Under the pieces are notes generated by a model. The model did no database searches and was not told where the DNA came from. It saw only the letters and a list, made by a program, of their open reading frames with translations. A stretch of DNA of 64,000 nucleotides from Sarea resinae (lineage: Eukaryota), in contig JAPEUD010000043.1 in NCBI GenBank assembly GCA_026026165.1, positions 1 through 64,000 on the forward strand. Direction: 5' to 3'. Below, piece by piece: positions 49,801 through 63,276 of the stretch. Numbering within the stretch: the stretch's first letter is position 1; each line of letters opens with the position of its first letter. A program made the translations under genes and the position numbers.

Positions 49801-52273
49801 CACAATCCCAGCCGCGCCAATTGCAGGTCCCCAGTGGCGCCTTCCATGCCCCAGTGAATCGATCACATCAGATTAATTCGGCTCCAGCGGCGAATGTGAC
49901 CTGGCAACGGTCACATCAGAGTACGCCGCGTCAGGAAATATTCCTAGGAGTGCAGCGCCCGATCAAGGATTCGCCCGCTTCCAAGATCCCCGGAAGGCAG
50001 ACAATGCCCTCTGCGTCATCCAGACAGTCCGCAACTCCTTCTACGATCTCGAAAGAACAAGCGGCGCGCAAACGGGCGTTTGATGATATCGTGGATCTTA
50101 CCCAAGACGCGTCGGACGACGAGGATGCTGCATATGCCGTCAAGAGGCCTCACCTCGCTTATCAGCCCCAGGTAAACAAAGACGTACCTTTCGCTTCAGG
50201 GCAGAAGAGCATGGATCGTCATGCGACAGCGACAGCGACTGCGACAGCTACACATCCACCACCACGCCCTTCGGTGAACGCTTTGGCGAACGCTTCGGCG
50301 AACGCTTCGGCGCGTCCTTCGGCGACTCCTTCGGCGAACATATCACAGCGCAATACGCCGTCTGCTTCTGTTCCCATCGCTGTCAACTATCACAACCCAC
50401 TCAAAGATTACGACGTCATTCGGCCTCTGGACAAGAGGCTCGCTCTTCGAAAGGCCGCCTACGACCCAGATACCATTGCGCGCGATGTGCTTATCGCAAC
50501 AGGCAGGCATCCAAACGAGAGAGCGCTGAACGATCATCTCTTGCCTCTGAAGCGGAACTTCACCCTGGTGAACAACGCCTCCGATCTGAGTACATTCAAT
50601 TGGGACCTCGTCGATCCGGCCACTCCTGCTGCAAATCAGCATATTGCTTCCGCGTTCAACGAGGACACTGTCGCGCGTAACCAAACCGATGACATGACCG
50701 CGTTGGACGCGAATACGGTAGCGACCCCGCGTCGTCCATCACCCATGCGCATTGCTCATAACGCGGATGAATTCGAGAATTTAGTCGACAGTAAGTTTTC
50801 AAATTTCGAATTTGCTCTGTTCATCAGCTGATTGTAATTGACAGTGACACAAACACTCCAAAAGCCACAGTCTGTGGGAAGCACACCTCGTAAGAGAGGA
50901 AGGCCGCCAAAGAGCAGCCATTCCGGTTCAGGAACTCCCACTTCCACTGCTGGGAACGACCCGAGACCTGAAGAAATCATGAACCAGGGCCTTGCAAGTG
51001 GTATCGGCAACCTGCCGCCGCCCCCACACGTGTCAGAGTTGAGCACCCCCAAACGGCGAGGGCGACCGCCTAAAGTCCGTGATTCTGGATCTGCCTCTGG
51101 GAATGAGTCTGGAAATGGAAGCAGTGCTAGCTCCGCTCCATCAGGCCAGCAAAATATGCCTCGGAAACGAGGACGTCCTGTTGGTTCCGGTGGGAAGAGC
51201 TCTTCCGGCAAGCTATCTAGGACATCAAGCAATGTGCAAGCTTCGATGCCTAATCGTTCACATAGTCAAACAGACCTCACACCTTCGCGACCGAGCGGGC
51301 TCAGACACACAACATTCCCTTCTGACAATGTAGCTGTCGTCATCGAAAGTCATCGGAACGACGAGTCTTCGAATTCCCAAAGGGCTACTAAAGCCACCAG
51401 GCAGCGCTCATCTCGCCGCTCAGAGCCTACATATCGAGTTTACAACTGCCAGTGGAAAGAATGCAAGGCGGAGCTACATAACCTCGAGACTTTGCGAAAG
51501 CACGTCAAGAAGGCACATTGCACTAGAGCTGTTCATGGAGGCATTCCTTGCTGGTGGGCAGGGTGTGGCCGTAGAAAGGAGAATGAAGATCGCTACAAGA
51601 TGAAGGGCAAGTCCGAATATCACGCTCTTGATTTTAGCACCGAGGAAGCGTGGGATGAGCACATGAACAAAGAGCATCTTGGGCGTCTGTCGTGGGATTT
51701 TGGTGACGGACCTTCTGCGGGCATCAAAGGTAAGCGGAGCAAATCTTCGTCTGTATGCATTTCCGTTCCATTCCGCCCCATTCCCTCTTTCGTTCCGTTT
51801 TGTCTGATCTTGTCTCGTTTCGTCTGATCTTATCATGTCTTGTCTTGTTTTTCATTCACAGCTGACATTCACGCCTCCCTTATCAAGATGATGATTCCGA
51901 AACCGAACACCTAAGCGACAATACAGGTCACCGCCTCACTCGACGTGCCTCCGCCTCTTCCTTGGCCACCACCGGCGGCCGTGGCGGCGGCCGCGACGAC
52001 GACGATGCCACAGGTAATCCCATCCCCCCGGGTTCAATGCCCAACGCGGCGTTCAATCGCCTCCATGGAAACAAGACGCCCTTTGAGAAGATGAAGGAGG
52101 TGGAGCGTACGGTCATTGAGAAGAAGAAGGCCGCTGGGCCAGGAATTGACAAGCAGGGTTCTAGCCTACGCACATGGGCGAGGATCCGTGCTTTTGTGGA
52201 GGATGATACGTACATGGAGGCCGGCGCGGACGAGAGTCTCAGTGATGATGGAGAACGAATGGATGTCGACTAG
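46821..52273 (+). CDS. Large low-complexity nuclear protein with AT-hooks and a C2H2-like zinc finger; exons about 46821-48662, 48849-50791, 50844-51729, 51888-52273
   Basis: Consecutive long ORFs joined by GT-AG introns; AT-hooks RKRGRPPK, KRRGRPPK, RKRGRP; YNCQWKECKAELHNLETLRKHVKKAH; block YDPDTIARDVLIATGRHP. Confidence 0.8.
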
Positions 52274-53662
52274 GGCAGACATTGCTGTGTTGCGTTGCGT
52301 TGCGCTACGTTCCATCGCATTGCTTGACCTGGCATACGAGCCTACCTACCTACCTACCTACCTAACCTAGCTAAGTAACGTGGATGACGATGCTGGCGAT
52401 GGGCGATGGGCGATGGATCTGAAATCTGGAAAGTGCGGCCGAGCGGAAAAAACCTGGCTGGTAGCATTGGCGCTGGCGACAATAGCGGTTTATTTGGTGC
52501 GGGTTTCCGCTTCTATTGAATCTCCTGAAGGCAGAAAGGAAGCCTGGACGTTGGGCGGGCAGATAAACAGACAATTTAGTTGCTAGCTCACGGGGATCTG
52601 GCTTCGAACCTGCCTACTTACTCCTTGCCCAGTAGATGGAAGATAACAATAAAATACATAATCGAATCATGAAGAAGGGATCTATATGTCCCTATCTTGC
52701 AAGCATTGCGTCTAAGCCTTCAAGGGTATCTTTCTTTCCATTCTCTCTATTTCTTTCTCTGTTGGAATCATCAGAGATCTATCCTCATGAATCCGAATCC
52801 ATCCACTTCCACCTCCACCTTCACACCTCGAACTATTAGCAGACAGAGTTCCGAACAGGTGACATCGTGACTCCGTCAGGCTTGTGCATGAACACAGGTA
52901 TACTCCGTTTCGATTGCAGCAGCAAAATACGAAAGGGCCTCACTCACTCACTCACTTACCCATCTTATACGTTGTCCCACTGGAGCCCTGGTCAGCTAGC
53001 TGGCTCGTGAGGCCGTCATAGATGACGATGGAGCAGCCAAAAAGGGTTATGCTTGGTTCTCTCTTTTCGTCGATGCGTTTCGTTGGGCTCGAAATAGACA
53101 GATAGATAGAGAGGGATGATAGACGGATGGAAGGATGATATGATAGACGGGATGGTGAGGACCTTTAAGCAGCAAACAAGCCCCACAAGGGGCGGTGGAC
53201 GAACGCACAATGCATCCTCTGGCTCATTCAATTCCCTATTTCATTCCCGAGTATGAGGAGGAGCGCGCTTTGCGTGCGTCAACAGGACTAATACTACTAA
53301 AGGAGTCTCTTATCTGCATTGACCGGACGACTCTGCCATGATGTATGGAAAAAGGAACCGCTAAATATGAGTTGATCTGTGACGATCGAGGAAAGACCAT
53401 AAATGCGGAGTAAAGAAAGAAAAAAGAAAGAAGAATGAGGCGTGCCAAAATTTTGGTAGAAGATATCAAAGTCTCTGTGCTGAGATCCGTCTGTCTGTCC
53501 GCCTGACTGTCACCTGTTCGTTTCGCATTCATGATCATCGCTGTTCTGTATGTCTAACCAACATGTTTGCTGGCTGGCTGGGAAACCCCTGGTGGTCGCT
53601 TCTTTTTTTGTTGATCGATGCGGCTAAGGAGCAGGAGGAGAAGGCTTTGGCAATGCTTGGCT

Positions 53663-55137
53663 TCACTCGCCATCGTCCTCGGCCTCGACCCCGTTGGATT
53701 GCTCGGGGGTGCCACCGCTATCGGCAGCGGCAGCACTGGAACTAGCAGCACCAGCACCACCCCCACCAACGCCCCTAATCCTCTCCTCCTCTTTCCTCTC
53801 CTTGGCAGCCTCAGTCTCTCTCCTCAACGCCTCAAGATTCCACGCGTCATCAGCATTGTCCTCAGCCTCGTCCTCGTCTTCATCATCCCCGTTATCATCA
53901 TCCTCACTACTCTCATCCTCGCTGTCGCTACCCCACTCGCCAGCCTCGAACATGGCTCTGCCCGTCGCCTCCTTGGCTTTCCGAGCTTCATCTTCGGCCG
54001 CCTTTTTGTCTAGCCGCTCTTTCTTCCATTTGGCGAATGACTCCGGCGTTACGGGTGTCAGGGTGCCCGTGAGCTTGTGTCGCTCAGACTCAAGGAAGTC
54101 TTCTAGCGTCAATGTTTTCAGCGGCGATTTATCCATGAGCGCTTTCTCAGCCGCGCGCTGTTCTTTTGTTTTGAGCACGAATCTGCGTATCAATAGGATT
54201 AGAAAAATGTGTTCCCCGGAAAATGTAGCCGGATGTTGAGAAAAGGGATAAGACACTTACCCAGGAGGCAAACTATGTTTGTACATGCATTTATCGCCGC
54301 CGTTCGGACATGTCCAGAACCAGCCGTATTTGCCGTTCTCGACGGCCTCGATAAAAAACTTGCATACTTTATCCGTCGTCGTCTTCGGGTTGCCCTGTTT
54401 TGACAGCACCACCTTCCGCAGTTTCTCTTCATCCCAGTCGTCCATGGTGTCTTCTTTCTTGTCCTTTTCGGGCTCTTCGCCCTCGCGCGTATCCGTATAG
54501 AGAGACTTCTTCTCGCCTTTGCGCTCGATGGAGAGGTCGTGCGAAAATTTACATCTTTTACCTGAATTACGCATGCAGATTAGCTTCAATCCTTGGTATT
54601 GAATCCCTTCAAATAGGCATCCAAGTAGACTATATGGTCGGCCTTACCCTTTTCACAATTGCCCTTCTTATAGAACACACAGACCACCGTCTTTGGATCA
54701 ACGCCAAATGGCACTTTCTGGACCTGCACGGGCTTGAAGAGGTCTGCCGTTTCCCGCTTCGCGGCCTCTGCCGCCGCCTTTTCCTTCTCGCGCTGCTGCT
54801 TCTCCGCCTGTCTTCGCTTCTCGTCGGGGCTACCACCCGCTGCGGCTTGTTTCTTTAACATCTCTATCTGCCTCTGAGCCGCCCCTCCTTTTTTCTGTCG
54901 GATTTGTTAGGCTGACTGTGCATCGAAGGATTGTGTACGGTGTGATTCTAGGGGCGTTGCCGCAAAAACCCTTGGGGGAAGTTACTGACATTTTTCATAC
55001 CAAAAGTCTAGATGAAGGAAGCCCAGTTAGTCAGGGGTATGGCATCATTTGGGGGGCAATCAGATGTCTACCTTATCCGCGACATTAGTCTTCGAGGAGC
55101 TCTTGGCCTTGGGCTGCTGATCTTTCTTTGGCGGCAT
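53663..55137 (-). CDS. TMA46: Translation machinery-associated protein 46 (ZC3H15/DFRP1), spliced
   Basis: [71 protein letters not shown] and [14 protein letters not shown]. Confidence 0.94.
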
Positions 55138-55728
55138 CTTGAATGATGATGACCTTGAGGTCTCTCTCTTAGGCCTCGGTGGCGCACTTTCCGCAACGGA
55201 CTCGAGGGTCCACTATACTGGACAAGGCTTTCAACAATAGCCGTGAAGCCCAAGATGCGCAGCAAATTGTTGTGAAAATGATACGGAGATATTGACGGCG
55301 TAAGGGAATCGTAGGTCGTAAGGCTGAAGTCACCCGCTTCTTCGCTTTCTTTCGCACTGTGACGGGTGGAAATGGAATTGTGAATGTTCCTGGTGTCTTG
55401 GTGGGGGTGCGGTGTCTGGATGACTAAGCATTCGGCGGTGTCTCTGATCGTACTGAAGGAGCCTTTCTCCATACGTAAGCTACAAGTCAAGCTGGAACCG
55501 TGAATCTGAACAGCAGCTGTGAGAAAGACGCCAGGGACAAGTCCAAGTGAAGCTCTATTGGAATCCGATTTCGAAGAATTGACACCACTGCGCTCCACTG
55601 TGAGAATTGCATCTCAATCTCCGCATTTCAATTGGCCTGCTAAACGTTCGTGCAGCTCCAAGTCCACAACAACATCAAGCAACCACCATAACACCACACA
55701 CCCAGAAAGTCTCCCAACCTCGCCCGAT

Positions 55729-55905
55729 ATGATATCAGACAACGACCTCAATTCGCTCGCCATCTTCCTCGGCGCTATAGCCATGCTTCTCATCGTCCTC
55801 TATCACTTCCTCGAGATCAACGCCAAGGACGAGCCGCTATCGCAGGAGAGGAAGGCAGACACCATTCCGCCGGCGCAAAGTGCTGGCAAGGCGTCTTCGC
55901 GGTAA
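55729..55905 (+). CDS. OST4: Oligosaccharyltransferase subunit 4
   Basis: MISDNDLNSLAIFLGAIAMLLIVLYHFLEIN matches the Ost4 single-TM signature. Confidence 0.9.
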   Translation: MISDNDLNSLAIFLGAIAMLLIVLYHFLEINAKDEPLSQERKADTIPPAQSAGKASSR

Positions 55906-56605
55906 TATGGTGCCAAAATTCAGGAATACAGACGCAGGAGGATTTGTAACTGTGGGGATATATGAAAGTGTCATCATGCGGCATCGGCCGGGCCGAAAAG
56001 GAGGCAAGGAACGGACATGGTTTTGATGACCCTAGAACTGCATGGCGACGCATTCCGGGTTAGGGCTGGCCGAAGGCACGATACAGGGTTTCATGTTAAC
56101 TTCGGAGCATAAAGGATCAGGTTTTGCGTGGGGCAGAATGTTACCCAATTCTCTGTCAAATATCTTCATTTTCTTCAATTCCATCGGATCATGAACCGCG
56201 TATATGGCTCATTTGTTAAACAAGCTTGGTGACAAGGCCCAGAGTATATTACCTACGCGACTTTCGGACGGAATTATGGCTTTGCCTTTGAGGTTTCTAT
56301 CTTCGCTACCAGCATATCAGATGGACAGAACACATCATTTGTCGAACAGAGAATGTCTGTAGTGAACTTTTCTTCTTTCTTCACGCTATCATATGCCTCA
56401 TTATAGAGCAGACTAGTCAATCGACGGTTTCTCATCAACAACATCACGCAGCTGGGAGGTCCGTGCAGCAGCCCGACGAAAAACTGTAATGCATGATAAA
56501 TCGTAGATCGTCCATTGCCCGCCGTATCCAGCCCGCTTTTTGTCCGTCCCGCCCTCAATCCTGGTGCACCATCGATATCGATCGGCTAAGGCAGGGAGTA
56601 CGCAT

Positions 56606-57625
56606 TCACGAGATCTCCTCGATCTTAGGCGGTGCCGCCTTCTCCTCGCCCTTGCCCGCCTTCTCTGCGTCGCCCTCCTCTTCTAGTTCGGGCATATCTT
56701 CTTCCTGTCGTTGTGTTAGCTATATTGTGGATCCCAGTAGGTGGTTTGATGTAAAACATACATCTGAGCCCTCGCCGCCCATGGCTCCCAGATCTGGCAT
56801 ACCGGCCATCTGGCCCAACTGGCTTAGGTCCATACCGCCCATGTCACCCATTCCAGGCATGCCACCCATGCCGCCCATTCCGGGCATGCCTCCAGCACCA
56901 GCGCCAAGCTTCGAGAAATCGATGCCGCCGAGGCCGCCGTCACCGCCAGGACCGCCAGGACCGCCGGCACCGCCGAACTGGTTCATGTCCTCTTCTGGCA
57001 CGGTGTCTTGCTCATCTTCATCAACCCACTAAACATTTGAGATTTATGGATCAGCGTGTTGTTCTAGCTTGTACTTGCCGCCCAACTTTGCACTACTAAC
57101 GCAATGTAACATCAAACAGCATAACACAGATAGTACATACCTTGTCGAAATCCGTCTTCAAGAAATGCACCTTCTTCGACTCCTTGAGCAGGCGCGGCCA
57201 GTACGACTCACGCAATTCTTTCTTCCGCAGTACTAGCTCTACCCATCGACTCGTATGGTTCGTCTTGCTGTTCTCGACATCAATCTCGTCGTAGAACTCT
57301 AGCTCAAGGTAGAACTCGGTTTTGCGGGTGCTTGATGTGCCCGAGAAAGTCAGCCCGGTAGGTTTCAAGTCAAGCTTCATAGCCGACGCAGGGACGTCGG
57401 GTGCAGTGATGGTCAGGTAAACATAGTTCTTCTCGGCATCAGTGGAGGAGGAGCGCTGTGCCCACAGGACTGCGGGGAGTTAGCGATCAAACCAAAGTAA
57501 ATGTTCGTTGATATGGAGTGTGGGGAACAGGAAAGCGGTGCAATTGAGCCAGGGACCGGTTTTCAAATGTCATCACCATAACAATGAGGAGGCATACCTT
57601 CTGGGGTGGTCTTGGTCGCAGACAT
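56606..57625 (-). CDS. SBA1: Hsp90 co-chaperone p23 (Sba1/Wos2), three introns
   Basis: TPE/VLWAQRSS, YWPRLLKESKKVHFLKTDFDK/WVDEDEQD, GM-rich tail and terminal KIEEIS*. Confidence 0.94.
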
Positions 57626-59492
57626 ATTGGCAATTCGAGTGTGCAAATGATTGGAGATATTGTGCGACGATTGTCGTGCAAGCAAGGCAGCAAGTCTGGA
57701 GAATATTACCATGGAATACATAAGAAGACGGGAGGCACTGCTTAGCGATGACACGTGACACAAGAGGCCGCTGCATCGTCATCGCCACGATCTTCACCTT
57801 CTGGATACCTTCATCCCATCTGTCGCTCACTTCTTCTCGTATTCCACACAGCTCACCTGAGATCCTGAGATTAAGACCCTTTCCTCTGGTCCACTTAATG
57901 CTGATGATGATGCCGAGGCTGCAGTAGCGCCGAGCAAAATGAATGTTTGTGCGGGCCTTAAGTCAAGGATCCACAACAAGTACGACATGGACCTGAGCAT
58001 TAGCTGTCCGCTTTCATGGTGAAAGATTCGCTCCTAGCGGCCGGCTGCAAGTGAAGAATAGAAGGTGTTGTCTCCAGGTTTACCACCTGATTCCCAGTCA
58101 TGGCTGCGGGTGTGGAGAGGCAATCTCTGGCTATCAACGAATAATAAAGTGTGGCTAATCCTTCAGTCGGCATTATAGCCAAAAGACTTCGATCCTCACC
58201 ACTTTCTTATAGGAGAAACGAAGATTTAGCAATATACTCGGAAGCGAATAGATTGAATCGATCGAGCAGTCTCCTCTCGATACATACTTCGCGAGCAAAA
58301 AAATTCTATAGTGCTCAGGATATCAATCATACCTCCAACAGCGCGACGCCGAAGATACCGAGACGCAATCAATACGCCTAGAGAAATAAGGAACCACAAC
58401 AGGATTGAAAACTCTGCGAAGAGAATGAGGAGGAATAGGAGAGCAGCAATCAAATAGAGAGAGAAGCTCCTTAATATTTCGAGGCACAAGGACTAAGATG
58501 TCAATCAACAGGACTAGACCAATATGAATGTGCAAGCAGACAAAAGGAGGCGCGAAGGATTGGAGGCGATAAGAGTGCAGCAAGCCCTGTGGGGGTAGGA
58601 GAGCTTATTGGTATATTGTCAAAGGCAGGAGAAATAGCTGCCATTCGACAGGACTTGCCAGAATTGAAGCGGAGGTGGAATAGAGATGGATGTCAATGGC
58701 CACGCCGAACACTATGCCATCCCATGTTCATCCGGCCTTAGGGTAGCTGAAACGGAGAGGAATGACTATGCGAAGTATTTCTTGGAATGTGTTGACTGCA
58801 ACCTGCTCTGCGCAAGACGCTGCGGGCGCGTTGTAATGCGCCGGAAAAGCTTAGAATCTCAGGACAGTCCTTCAGTCTGACCCGTTTGGGGAGTTGAATG
58901 GAAAGGAAGAGCATTGTCCCCTAGCTATATCCTGTGCTTTCCTACTTGCTTTTCACGAATTCCGATCATATCTTCCTTTACACGCACATACCTTGTAAAG
59001 TAAATCACCTAAAAGCTCAAAAAATTCATAACGCGCGTTTCTAGTATCTAATCAATCGCTTCAGCATTTACAATACTGATTTCATATTGATGTGATGGAT
59101 GGACAAGAACAGAAGGAGAAGAGAAGAAAAGTTTGTCACGCCTTCCACTTTGGCCATGCCGATGGGCTCCAGCTGCAAGCGACTTGCTGAGGAAATGTTA
59201 GATACTTCGTTGTCTGTGCTGTTCTGCGGAAAATCAAGGTACCGATTACCGCGCTGCCCGTACCGCTTCGTACCCATTGCCCCGCTGTATGATGCTCGTC
59301 CACAATGTCTGTATCCGTACTAGACACGTTTGGCAATCAAAGTAGTCCGAGGCGGCTCAAACCATCACATTATTGATCTCCGGATTATCCATGCACGCAA
59401 AAGAATATATCAGGCCGCCTTGACCGTTGCGCGATCCACTGGCCATCCTCAGAGGAGGACCAAGATCCTCTTCTCAATATCGTAAAAGCACC

Positions 59493-60224
59493 ATGGAGTC
59501 CATCAAAGCAATATTCTGGAAGCCTGACCCGGCAACACAAGTCCGTCTCCGCTCCTCCCATTTGCGTCATCGGCGATGTGGATCTGATGCTTGATAGATG
59601 CGGAAATGTAATAATTTAATTCGCGCCAACACTCGCAAACTTGACCGCGATATCCAACAGCTTCGCGCAGTTGAGTCTAAGACGAAAAGCCTCATCCTGC
59701 AAGCGTCCCGTCGGGCCCAACGCAACCCATCCCAGGCCAAGCAGGCGAACACAGAAACACGACTATTCGCGAGAGAACTCATCCGGACCCGCAAACAGAG
59801 TGCTCGACTGGCAACGAGCAAGGCGCAGCTCCAGAGCGTACAGATGCAGGTCAATGAAGCCTTCTCTGTCCGCAAGATCGAAGGAAGCCTCAAGGCATCG
59901 ACGGGAATCATGAGGGACGTCAACACTTTAGTACGATTGCCAGAACTTACGGGGACGATGAGGGAGTTGAGTCAAGAGTTGGTCAGGGCTGGGATCATCG
60001 AGGAAATGGTGGGGGATTCACTGCCGGACGAGGAGCTGCTGGACGGCGAGGATGAGGAGGCCGAGACGGAAGTGGACAAAGTCCTAGGAGAAATACTGCA
60101 GGGAAAGCTACGCAAGGTCGAACAGGAGGTGCCGACGGTTCCAGCGCCAGTCGAAGAAGACGAAGAGGAGCAGGAGGAGATGCTGGATCAGATGAGGGGC
60201 CGCTTAGAGGCTTTGAAGAGCTAG
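59493..60224 (+). CDS. VPS24: ESCRT-III subunit Vps24/CHMP3, one intron
   Basis: MESIKAIFWKPDPATQ/MRKCNNLIRANTRKLDRDI...AQLQSVQMQV...MRGRLEALKS*. Confidence 0.93.
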
Positions 60225-61169
60225 TCGTCCGTTCATTGATCTCTGATACCTTAGACTATACATACCCGGCCGATTACTACAATGTTCTCGTTCATTAATG
60301 AGAGGATATATAGTGTGGGCGAGCGTTTGGGAGGGGCGGAGGAGTATATCGTGGGTTCTACGGCGTTGTTTGGAATGGATACCGAGAGCACCATCAGGGC
60401 AGTACGATTTATAGTCATAGTACGGCTTTTCCAAGATAATATATATTGTGCCGTCTTCAATATCCTAAGCCTGGAGAATACGAGCAATACTTTTACAACC
60501 GTCAGAAGGGATGAAATATTCATATGCTAACCACTTAGGCACCAGCTGTGATCCATGGGATGATCAAGGCGCGCCCACACCGGGAAGCTGCACAAGTGGT
60601 CGGCACGGACGTCCCTTCGCATAGCTCCCGGATCTGAGATGACACACCAACTGGAAGGCTCCCCCTTCCATCTTCTCAGCCTGCCTTCGCCTCTCCGATT
60701 CATTCTCTCTCATCGCGTTTCACTCATTCACCATCACCAACCACCGCATATATCATCCATTCATCCATCAGTCAAAGACAAGCCATCATCATCACTCCTT
60801 CACTCTCATCGACGAAGATCAATAAGTTGCTTCATCTTCGACCCGATCGTGCCAACTCCGTGTCAAGACATTCTTCTCCCACGGACTGTTCCCTTCAATA
60901 GCCGCCCTCCTATACGCTCCTCAGCCTCAACAGCCACTGATAGCGCATCCAACGATTCGCCAATAAGTCCTATCGAGAGCTTCAAGAGTTGCTTCTCACT
61001 TTGATTCCTCTCTCAAACTTCGCTGCCTGCCACACAGCAATAATTCTTACACCTCGAGCAAATTAGCACTCGCCTTACTATTTCTCATCCAGCTCGACTG
61101 CGCCGACTCCCCATCTCATCAGCAATCAACACAACTGCGCTTTTTCGAAGCTTACCAACACTCTTCAAA

Positions 61170-63276
61170 ATGTCTGGAAAACTCGACCAATCTCTTGACC
61201 AGATCGTCAAGACTAACCGCTCGAGCGCCCGCAATACTCGTCGCGGTCGCCCAGCCGCCAAAGGTGCGAAAGCTGCCGCCGCACCTGCAGGCGGTATCAA
61301 GAAGCATGGAAAGGCCTCTAGGCCTAGTGGGAAGGTGGTCGTCCCAACTGCACCCGCGGTTAAGGTTTCTGGTGACAGGGTCGAAAAGATAGTTGTCAGC
61401 AACTTGGTAAGCTAACTATGTCGAATTTCAATGCATGCCATTCTAATGTTGTTGAAGCCCTTCGATGTCACCGAAGATCAGATTCAGGTACGTTGAACGA
61501 TGAGGCTGGTCAAGCCTTTGGCTTAATTCGCCATCTCTTTTACGGTCGAACCACGCGCGATTTCGTCGATGGCTCTCGGGGAGTTAGGCACCAACGTTCC
61601 TTCGCGTTCATGTAATCGAGAGCTCACAGAGACCGGACTCTCATCGGTTTCAACTGCTCGCATGACACTTTGTGGCAGCAGAAATGCTCGCTCTGTCGTG
61701 TTTGATGCAGAAATCGAGCAGTAGAGTCTGCGTCTGCGTCTTGCGTGAAGATATGCCTTGTGAAAAATGGCTGCCTGGCAAGCAGTCCATGCAGGCTTCC
61801 GCAGATTGCATTTGTGACGGCACTCTTGGGGTATCATGTATGGGCCTATCTACATGTTTCAGGTCACCCAGTCGTCAAATTTGGTGTTTTCAATGCATCA
61901 GCGAGCGCAGCAGTGAGAGCAGCAGCAGCAGAAGCAGAAGCAACGATACAGCTTGAACCTTTCACAGGGACTTCGCTCGAGTGGACCTCATTCTTGGCGC
62001 GATCATTGGATTCCGACATTGTCCTTTATGTCTCTCGCTCTCGAGTGTGACTAAGTATCAGGATGGTCGAGTCTTGGCAATTTGGCATCCCATATCGAGT
62101 CTGTCTGGTCTTGCGGATGGGGACCAATTCGCCTTGGGCCGCCTTATCTGATAGTTTTGCGGCATCTTCATCGTGGCATAACTCGAGGGAACTTACATCC
62201 TGATCTCGCTCGGAGGATTCCTGGGTTAAGGGGCCAGGTGATTCTGTCCCTTCTCACGGTCATCCATATATTGGGCGCGAGGGCAGTGATCTGAAGGCTA
62301 GGCGGATACAGTCAAGAGCAGGCTTGCTCGTGAGAGATGGCGGCTGGTTTGCGATGGATACGGAGATTGAGCTGCTTTCACCAATTGGGACTCCCTCCTT
62401 GGAATGTTCGCTAATCGCGCGTTACTAACCTCGCTGCTCGCTCGCTGATGTCGGAAGATATACTCGGACGCTGCTCGCTTGGTGTGACTGAACCTAAATA
62501 TGTTTTACGTGGTTCTCCAGCTCGACTTGTTGGCTTTAGCCTTTGCGCGGTTATGGAGTTGCTTCGGTCCAACTAGGAAAGACGAATGAACTGACAAGAA
62601 CAACCCTTTCTACTTATAGACATACCTTTCACAGACTTTGGGCCCCGTATCCAAGGCCACTATGGTCAATCCCGGTTCAGCCTTTATCACCTTCCGCCGA
62701 CCTGGTGTCAGCGCTCAAGAAGCCGCAAAGATTAATGAGCTCTTTGTCGACAAGCGAAAGCTGAAGGTAAATTTCAGAAAATACATGTGCTTGAATGAAC
62801 ACTAAATTTCCCCAGGTCGAGCTCGTAAGCACCATTCCGAAGGAGCATGTTAAGCCCTTGGGAGAGCGTATTGTGTAAGTGATGACAATGACCTCAAACC
62901 GATCAAGCTGCTGATAAGAAGAAACAGCTCGAAATCAAATGCTTCTGCGCCAAAATCTGCCGCTGCCGCTAAGCCTGCCACGACTAACAATACCGCTACC
63001 CGCGGAGGTCGTGGTGCTCGTGGGCGTGGACGTGGCCGTCGTGGGCGCGACTCTACTGCTCGTGCGAAGCCCAAGACTGCCGAGGAGCTTGATGCCGAGA
63101 TGGCTGATTATTTCGAGACTGGCGTCACTGGAGCTGAAGGTGCCCCTGCCGCTACCAACGGAGCTGCGCAACCCGCTGTGACGAATGGTGGTGACACCGG
63201 CATGGATGACGAGATTCTGGTAGGCCATCATCTGGAGAATCGTCGTGTTAGGCGCATGCTGATAGGTCCTTAGTGA
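61170..63276 (+). CDS. YRA1: mRNA export adaptor Yra1 (ALY/REF), five introns including one of ~1.13 kb
   Basis: REF-N MSGKLDQSLDQIV; RRM KIVVSNL/PFDVTEDQIQ/TYLSQTLGPV...FVDKRKLKVELV; RG-rich region; REF-C KPKTAEELDAEMADYF. The stop TGA follows the last intron directly. Confidence 0.92.
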
